Source of the DNA: Octopus vulgaris
Lineage: Eukaryota
Assembly: GCA_951406725.2 (NCBI GenBank)
Contig: OX597819.1
Location: 26,040,001 to 26,104,000 of the forward strand
DNA length: 64,000 nucleotides
Direction: 5' to 3'
Shown piece by piece: positions 54,502 through 64,000 of this stretch (position 1 is its first letter; each line of letters begins with the position of its first letter). A model generated the notes under the pieces. The model searched no databases, was not told where the DNA came from, and saw only the letters and a program-made list of their open reading frames with translations. A program made the position numbers and the translations under genes.

Positions 54502-55603
54502 TGTGCGTAAGTGTGTGAGGGTGTGTTTGCACGTGTGTGTGTATGTGCCTACAGGTGGACGTAAGCAACCCTGCACTGTACGCTAAAGAATCATGACAAC
54601 AATGATTTGCTCTATACTCCAGTATTAATTTACCGAAGTCGTTGCTGTGGATGTAAAAATCCTTACAACTAGGTGGAGATGGCCAATAATTTTGGTTTAA
54701 ATTTTGACGATAGAACGACATTTGATGACAGCTGCTCGTATTGTACTCTATAACTTGGTCACTGTGGCCTTCCTTTGTGTTATTACAATACATAATGTAT
54801 TTCACATTATGGAGCATCTATTTCATATCGTATTACGTTTACACTTGTTTAATTGATCCTCATGTAAATAGATCATGTTCTAAACTTACACGGCATTTTT
54901 CGTTTATTTGTGGTAATCTCTGATGTCCTTAGTTCCCTGCACTTATATTTAAATAATATCTCTCTATTAGTATTATTCTGGTAGTTCATAGTGATATTTT
55001 ATGTCATATAAGAAAGTTAGTCTTTTTGTTCTTGCAAGCTTGTTTTATTTACTAAGTGACACAGACATAAAATACACATATGTAATGTCCATCCAGTCAA
55101 CAGACTAAATCGATGAAATATAATCTTATAATGATACTGTGCTGCTAACATATTACTGACAATGTTCTAAATCATTCTAGAATACATTAAAGATAATTTA
55201 CGCGGTACATATTCCTATAACATTTATCTTTCTGATTTTGTATTTGTTTTCTCAATCATGGTGACTCCGATACTTACCTCTCGTCTTCACCCCTATGCTT
55301 TAAATTCTTACAATAAAATAAAGTCGCTAAAATCATTACAAATTTGGTTGCTTTAATCATCAAAGTAGATAGTTTCAGTTACCTTTTTATCTAGCATTTT
55401 TTTTTTACTTCTGATGCAGTGAAGACCCATTTTATCATCAGCAAGGTGGATGTATTGAGAGATGACATACACAATAATTCCTTCGTATGTTTCAATACTA
55501 TGATGATAGAAAAGAGGAGTCCAAGGAAAGTATTAGTATTCTGCGTTGCAAAAGTACGTAGTGAAGTGTATTAACTAGGACAAGATTGTATGTTATGGAG
55601 AGA

Positions 55604-55909
55604 TAAAACGAAAAACGTCGCCCTTTTCAAGCCTAACCAGGCTCATGGTCCCATTTTCCAGGTTTCTGTGGCGTATATGCTCCCCCCAGCTGGATGGGAC
55701 GCCAGTCCATCGCAGCGTTACTCGAGAAACAGGAAGAGAGAGAGCGAGGGAAAGTTGTGGCGAAGGAGTACACCAGGGGTTGCCACCCACCCTGACTGAG
55801 TCTCGTAGAGCTTTTAGGTATTTTCGCTCAATAAACACACACAACGCCCGGTCTGGGAAGCGAAACCCCGATCCCCCGACCGCTCTAACCACTGGACCAT
55901 TGCGCTTCC
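55604..55909 (-). mobile_element. SINE family C with perfect 12 bp TSD
   Basis: TSD GTTATGGAGAGA at 55592-55603 and 55910-55921. Confidence 0.92.
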
Positions 55910-57593
55910 GTTATGGAGAGAAGTGGCATTTAACTTACGGCACAAAATATTTATCCGAGAAAAAGAAACAAAAATGGTTATATTCAACTGCTTAAATAAG
56001 TTTTCCTACGGCTTTAAAATGTCATATACTTCTGCTCACTGTATCCATACTTAGATGTTTCACTGCTGCTTGGGACAAGTAAAAATAAAAGATATAACAC
56101 ACGTATATAGAAGTGAATATATTAAAGCGTGGTTATTGATACTTGAAAATTGCTTTTCCCTCGAATTCGTCATATTTTTTCGATTAGATCCAGACAGCGA
56201 ATATCAAGTACTGTTACTGTATATGCAAAAGTTCTTCACATTTGTGAAAAAAAAATTATTCATATTTACACGAATGATAAGTCTATTCTTTGCAAACAAT
56301 ATAACGTAAATGCTCTAAAAATATTGACACGTCGATATTTAGATTTTTCAGCAGCATTATTATGACACGATTAATTTCTGGAGATATATTGTCCTATATT
56401 GTATCCGGCTAATTTTGCTTCTTATACTAACATTTTGTGTTTGCTTCTGCATGGAAATTACAAAACGCGTAAAATGCTCGCTTGTAAATACTATTAGTTA
56501 TAGTAATCTTTCAGACAACAGAATTTTTCTCTTCGGGCTCTGAATATAACCATCACATTATGAACAACATATAGCATATTGACTTCATTTTGTTCAATAC
56601 TACTTTACTATAAAATCCTTTGGTCATATTTCATAAAAAGAATTAATTGCATTTTTTAATCCTACGGAGAGAAAAGAAATAAAAATTATTGTCAGTGAAG
56701 TTTGAATTTTGACCCCTCTTTCTGAAAGTCATTTTCATATCAAATATTCTCTCGCCTTCAGCTTTGCATTAATTAGAGGCCAACAATTTAGAACAGAGTT
56801 ACATAGAAGATTGTCGCCAACAACTAAATAGCTGTATTAAATTCTAAATCACATTCCCAATCAAACTCGATTTTAATTGAACAGTATGGAAACAAAAATG
56901 AAAAAAAAACCCACATCGATAAATGCATATTACGCGACATTTTTTGTTATACAACGAGTTTCAATAAAACAAGCTGGTGGATCTTTTTGAAATATTAAAA
57001 ACTAGCACTCAAAGAATTAAAATTTTGTTGTGACAAAAAATAATTTTTAAAATATATTATGCAAACCTGGATTACGTAATTTACATTTAAATCATGTGTA
57101 TAATTTCATCCATCATAATTACTTGTATCTTTACATTTCAAGAATTATAATTCATACTTTTGTTATGTACTGTAGTCTTTCTTTCACACGCACATACATA
57201 CACGTTCATTCACATATATGTTTATTGAATAAAATGTCTGAAAGCAGTAGGTAGCAACTAGTAAGCTATTTCCATTATCCGTTATTAGGTGGTTTAATAA
57301 AATCCATTCGCTACAGATTTTGGAAATGAGAATAATTGGCATGAACACCAGGTTTGTTATTTGACGTTTTCAAATTAATAAATAAGCCAAGAACACTGAG
57401 GATGTTGTATGAAATTGGAAATTGGCGAATTGCTTTAAGACATTAGATAAAATGTTCATAGATTTATTACAACAGATCCCATTGTGTTTCCTGTCATTCT
57501 GAAAAACAAATTATAAAGAGAGAGAGAGAGAGAGGGAGCCTGAGGGGAGCGGGAGGGAAATAGGTAGATAGGTGGACAGATACTGATGTATCT

Positions 57594-57712
<119 letters not shown>

Positions 57713-58529
57713 AGAGTTTTCTCAAAAATAATGCTAAGAGTCAATACATTGCATGCGTAGCAAAAGCATCTGCGTATTGTGTAACCAGCGCGAAATAACC
57801 ACAAAATTTCCCTCAAATTATACACCAGCAACTTAAGAAATGAAAATACATATACATTGGAGAATATGGATATGGATAACGAAAACAAGATAGGATGGGT
57901 ACACCTAAAACATTCTTGATTGCAGTTATTTCTAATCATGTCTGATCTGGGACGCAGTTATAATGTGCAATGAATAAACTCACTGCTGGTATTTTGGCAT
58001 ATTATTACCCTGTTAGCTGAAGAACCCGTTTTAGAGTATCACTCATGGTCTATCATAGATCTGTTACTATAATTTTTGTGTCAGGATAGTTCTGTTGACT
58101 TAGTTAATCGCGGAAGAAAGAACTTAACTACTGTTGTTTGTGACAGCATTAATTAACTGAATGCAATACTGAGGTATAATAATCTGACATGCGAGAAACA
58201 TTTTTTCTGTTCGTCGAAGCAAACAAATGATTATTTCAAAAATGTAACGAAAGAACCTTGTCCTTATTCTTTACATGTTGTGTAAGTTAGGATGAATTAG
58301 AACCGTGTTTCGTGGTCTGCTACCACAACAGCTCCTTTATAGGATCCAGTTAGATCAAGACATCATCAGGAGGAACCACGTCCGGTTTCGGCCCCTAATC
58401 CGCTACCGTTTTGACATGGCGGGGCCCCCTTTCGGAGGTGTTTTCAGCTCTGGTGTAGGGTGCATGTCTTCTTTCTTTATCTTTCTTCTGTTCCCTGGCC
58501 TCTTCGATGTATCGTCAGCGAGTGTCAGC

Positions 58530-58598
58530 CGGTGACTGACTTGTCAATTTTTTTTTCCCTTAAAAGAAAAAAAACATTGACAAGTCAGTCAGTCACCG
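58530..58598. other. Strong hairpin
   Basis: CGGTGACTGACTTGTCAAT-T run-loop-A run-ATTGACAAGTCAGTCAGTCACCG. Confidence 0.85.
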
Positions 58599-61016
58599 TT
58601 GTGTTATTTATATATTATACTGATTATTGTGTTAGTTATATATTATATTGATTATTGGACTACATGGCGTTTGGAACCAACATTGTTACGTGTAAGACTT
58701 AGTTTGATGTATAATGCATTGCATATATCCCAACAGTCTCGTCTGATACCATTTTAGTGCTGATTGTAATATATTCATTAATCCCTAAACATTTTACTAG
58801 TAGGAATATTGTGACACGTGGTGACTAAAAATTATTTATTGTGGCAATGTAGTAATCGATCTATAAATGAAGTGAAGAGTGCTGATACCGTTGCTATCGC
58901 CCCACGATACAAATATATCATGAATATTACGAACAGTAAAATCAAATGCTCACTTCTGTTTGCCATTTTAAATTTAAGCGTAAAGAATACAGGTTTTATA
59001 ATATAGCTTATATATTGATTGCTTTCATTTTCACAAAATATACTGTTCGTAATATGTATTGCCCTTGTGTTTACGTGGATATATGCAACAATATTCCAGG
59101 AAGTAGTTCGACACAGTAATGTTGTTGCCTACAGAAAATATATGCTGGAAATTCTTTATACAATAACATTATAGAAGTTTGCGAATTTTGTAATTTAACT
59201 GTTACGGTTAATATGTGTTTCTTCATATATGGTTATTATTCAAATAATGATTGGAACCGATGATTTGCCGATATCATTTAAAACAATATTCACAATTTTC
59301 AACAAACATCTCCGAAGTTACATGAAATCATTTGCCAAGACATTCCAGTTTTTGTTCTATGTTGTCTGTTTAGTTTGAATAGTACAGTTGCTTCTACACT
59401 TCAGAGCTAGTCTCGCACCCCAACACCACTCTCAGGCAGGTCGACGCTGTTCGTGTCCGCTCCTCCTCTTTCAACCATTTCTTCGAAACCCGAAAATTAC
59501 TATTTTCACACCTTTCTAACGATAATGTCGGCGCCTTGGAATTCCCTTGTGACCATGATTTCAAGTGCCCGTTAACTGTTAGCCATTAAAGATGGATTAA
59601 CGGCACCATTCTTTTTGGAATCCGAATGAGTGCGAAAATAATAATAAATAACACAGAACCTTAAATTTAACTTAGTTGGTTCTAAGTAGATAACAAGTAA
59701 ATAACAAGTATTAGTACGTCAACATAATATATCCGGTATGCTTATTCAAAACGATAGTTAACCGCTTGTAGCCTCCCATAGATTAGTATGATTGTCTTGG
59801 TTTATATTCAACCTCATAATTTATAAGACTGCGACTTAACGAAAAACAAAACAGTCGGGAATGGATTGTAAGATAGAATAACTCATTTTATCCTGAGTAA
59901 AAGAAAAGATCGTGCATGAAATCAGACTGTAACTGTTACATACAGTGGCATTCGTCTGAATGCTGAAGAAATTTAACGATCTTTGGTTTACATATCTATG
60001 AGAAATATAAAGGGCATCTCTGTATTTATTACATAGTTTTGTAGGCTGGGCTAAGAATTGATGATTAGATAATACAAAGATTTAAAAGATAATTTTAGAA
60101 ATTAACCTGAAACTACATACCCGTTAGTGCAATGTTACAGTAAGTGGATGATTTCGCCAATACTATTATCATTTTCTGAAATATAATTACTACTGTCGTG
60201 TTGATTTTTGGGCGAGAGTAGATCAAGGTATTTCACTGTTATGCTTTTTAACAGCATCAGTACATTAAATCAAGTAAGAAGGGTGAGGTCGGAAACGGAA
60301 GTAATATACTAAAGACATTGACGATGAATCTCATGTGTATTAAATTCGTTATAACGTTCCGATCTGAATTGAGACTTAATAAATCAAGATTCACTTAATT
60401 AGTTATGAGAGAAATGGATATTAAAGAAATAGCCATTAGTTATACTTTGATTTAATATGATTTATAATTACAATTTAATCGAATCTAAATCTCTTATATG
60501 AAAGGCGTTTGGCATGTGACTGTATAGAGTTTAACGGAATTTATCGGTCTTCACATAACTATAGAAAGGTTATAAAACTACCTGTTCTCTTGAGCAGTCT
60601 CCCATGTTTAAGAAATCCAATGGTCTGAAATGGGTATGTTCAATTTTATTCTGTTCCTGTGTTCCTAATATGCTGGAAATGAGGGTGAGAGTATTCGTCT
60701 ATAGTCGCCGAAGGATATTTCTCAAGGAATCGCCTGTTCTTTTTTATTCTGATCCAACTGTGAATAAAAATGTTCCTTCCAGTGTTCGAAGGAACATCTT
60801 ATAATGTTATGAAGAATGTTGGTGTTTTCTGTTAATACTTTTTCGAAAAATTGCTCCCTTTTGTTATAAATTATTGTGAGGTTCATTGCCTTTATTAAGA
60901 TTTTGAAGTTCGATTTTTAAATAGTCACATTTGAAAACTTACAGTTGTCATCGATGACCTGATTGGTTGCATCAAATGTGTGAGTGTGTATCTATAGTTA
61001 CAGACATATCTATGCA

Positions 61017-61076
<60 letters not shown>

Positions 61077-62046
61077 CACACACACACACATACACACATA
61101 ATCCTAAATTATGATCTCGAAAGAGAAAAAGCAAGACATTCACGTTGGTTATTTAAAAGTAGATGTAAATCTACGTCTGTTTTTTTCTTCTCCACTACAT
61201 GATTTTTAATTATCATAAACATTTAGAGAATTTAAAGTTATTACCACACTAAATTCCCTTTAAATTCCCTTTTTAAATACTGTTGTATAGTTTTGAAGAA
61301 AAGATTAACGTTTCATGCTTTATAAATTAAATACTTAATCATTTTTAACTCATCATAATTGTTTGTAAATTATTCCTCTGTACACGCACTTTTCTTTTTT
61401 TTTTCTTTTCTTCTGACTCCGCATCTCTTTCTTTTGCTCTTTCATTCACACATCTTTTCTTTCCTCTTTCTCGGTCTCTACCTCAGTTCTCTAACAATCA
61501 GCTGTATTTAACTGACTAAGTGTTTCAGTGAATTACTATAAAGAGACATGTAAAAACTATATTTATCGAGAAAAGAATTGAAACATACGTGTTTAAATGC
61601 TTCTAGTGCACACAGAATCATTTATCATAAGTAAATTTAATCGCAGGAAATTAATGTAGCCTAGCTTTGTCAGCTGCCGTATTACAACCAGCATAACAAA
61701 TTGGTTTTTCAAATGAGACATGTATACTTCTCTCAGTAATTAATTACAACGTGTTATGAGTTTCAATTAGTGCTAGTATTTATAACATTTTAACGATAAA
61801 TGCTTCTGCGGCTCATATCTTCATTCTCAATAGAGACGTTCAGCTAAAAAGCCTAATAGATAAATAAAATAGATTGTGCAAACTGATGTCTTTCAGAAAA
61901 TGTTTATAGCTGTCTGTGTTCTGTGCATACTTTGGTACTGTGAGTGTTCACCTGAGGAGTAGCCTGCGGTATACACTTAGCCTCCCGCTCGCTATGAAAC
62001 ATATGTAGACCGGATTTTATGTATTCCATTCCATAACTTTTATATA

Positions 62047-62373
62047 TCTTTTATATAAAACCCGTTCTGTCTGTGTGTGTGCCTTCTAGGATCTCGGGCA
62101 TCCTCCATCCGATTGCGCTCAAATTTGATATGTAGATACCGACGGTATCAGGCCGTGTATAAGTCTTGAAAACATAAAAAAATCGATTCCAGGTGAGAAT
62201 GGGATCGATAAAGACGGTGGAACGTGCATTTGTACGCGCAAGTACATGAGTCGAAATCCGTCTTTTGCTGGTATCTCAAATTTAGGTTAAATCAGTGTTT
62301 CTCAAAGTTGTTTTGAGAAAATTTGGTTTGAATGTTTGACAAATCAGCAACGTCCATCGGACGGTTTCTCTAT
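62047..62373 (+). mobile_element. Probable non-autonomous Helitron
   Basis: A|TCTTTTATATAAAA start followed by TCTGTCTGTGTG; subterminal hairpin CGTCC-atc-GGACG; degenerate CTAT end. Confidence 0.6.
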
Positions 62374-62481
62374 ATATATATATTTCTTTACTACACAAGG
62401 GGGAGTGCGAGTACTTAATTTATTTGCTCGAACTCGGAACGTAACGACAGACGAAATACGGCTACGAATTTCGCCCGGGTG

Positions 62482-62529
<48 letters not shown>

Positions 62530-62542
62530 GTAAAGTTTGCCA

Positions 62543-62581
<39 letters not shown>

Positions 62582-62595
62582 ATAGTGTAAGTATG

Positions 62596-62635
<40 letters not shown>

Positions 62636-62654
62636 CAAAATTTATATTCTATAT

Positions 62655-62698
<44 letters not shown>

Positions 62699-62841
62699 GT
62701 GTGTGGTGTGTGTGTGTGTGTGTTATATATATATATATATATATATATATAGATGAATATGGTACTTATTCAGATGAATAATTAAGTTTAAGCGAACAGA
62801 ATTTTGTATGGCATTATCCATATAAATCAAATGGGGTGATT

Positions 62842-63353
62842 ATAATCAAAATAAGCAACAGAGATATCCAAGTTCGAGTAGTACAATTGTTTCATGCTGC
62901 ATCATTTTATTAAACACTGTAAGTATTACATCAGTTCTCAAATGTCGAGCAAACTTCAATCACATACAGAATTTTCCAATTAAACGAACAATGCACGGCG
63001 AGGTTAATTTCATTCTTTAGAAGATGATGGTAGTATGTTCATTCTCCCTAGAAGGCACATAAACAGCCAGAACGGGTTTTATATAAAAGATATATAAGAA
63101 TGGAATGAACATACTACCATCATTTTCTTAAGAATGAAATTAACCTCTCTGTCTACATATATACTCTCTTTGTAATATTGGCAAATGAAATATGGATAAG
63201 AATGTGCATTGTCCGTTTAATTGGAAAATTCTGTATGTGACTGAAGATTGCTCGACATTTTAAAATTGATGTAATACTTACTGTGTTTAATAAAATTTGG
63301 TAGCATGAAACAATTGTACTACCCTACCTTCGCTATCCTTGTTGCTTATTTTG

Positions 63354-63358
<5 letters not shown>
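62842..63358. repeat. ~520 bp fold-back of a hammerhead-bearing repeat
   Basis: Arms 62842-62996/63204-63358 and 63001-63045/63104-63147 are reverse complements. Confidence 0.88.
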
Positions 63359-63384
<26 letters not shown>

Positions 63385-63553
63385 TCAGTCATTTGACTGG
63401 CATCATACTGGAGCACCACTTTGTTTGAAGAATTTATTCGAACAAATCGACCTCATTTGTGTTATTCTGAATCTGAAACTTACTCCATTGTATTCTTTTG
63501 AGAATCAACGCACACACACACACACGCACACACGCACACACACACACACACAC

Positions 63554-63584
<31 letters not shown>

Positions 63585-63609
63585 TACCCATATATACATA
63601 CACATATAC

Positions 63610-63642
<33 letters not shown>

Positions 63643-64000
63643 CATGTACATATATAAATATACTTATACATATATATACATACAAAAACATATGCATATA
63701 CACACACATATTTTCCCTCTGCTACACTCTAAATTATAGTAGGCTTATTAAGATATACATTATTTTGCCACAGATATAACATAAGGAAAAGAAAGTTATT
63801 AGTTTGGTTTGATTTTATTTATGTAAATTTGTTTCAAATGATTTATCTTTTATGTTTGAAATCTATATGGTCATCTTTGTTGAAGAGAGAGGTTTATTTG
63901 AAATTGATGTAATGTTTTTATTGATCAATTACATGGAGCCGCTTGAAACGGCCGTAATGCATTGACAGCTGTACATCCTTGTTAGTTATTTACATTCTGT

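Noticed and set aside
58296-58375. Minus CTGATGA...GAAACACGGTT as a hammerhead
   Set aside because: No stem I pairing found
60580-60800. Possible Penelope GIY-YIG remnant on the minus strand
   Set aside because: Only a QHIR-like hint; too decayed to support without a search

Overview
AT-rich eukaryotic DNA packed with microsatellites and transposon debris. The SINE repertoire and the (TA)n/(CA)n/(TATC)n density point to a cephalopod, probably Octopus (inference from recalled repeat sequences; no search was run). No intact host coding gene, rRNA, true tRNA or CRISPR array can be supported, and most ORF-track entries are translated microsatellites. Recognisable content: tRNA-derived SINEs of about four families, decayed R4/Dong-type LINEs sitting in microsatellites, mariner, maT and Tc1 relics (one with IR/DR ends), a full-length decayed Chapaev3-type transposon with TTA TSDs, non-autonomous Helitrons including a head-to-tail dimer, a ~600 bp near-identical inverted duplication, and several fold-backs. 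The most interesting signal is about ten minimal type-I hammerhead-ribozyme-like motifs in several short repeat families. In homologous copies the loop-III tetramer changes (GATC/AATT/GGCC) but stays palindromic, and one family joins a tRNA-like Pol III head to the motif, suggesting a Penelope/retrozyme-like small-RNA element system. All structures were folded by eye and most copies carry core mutations.
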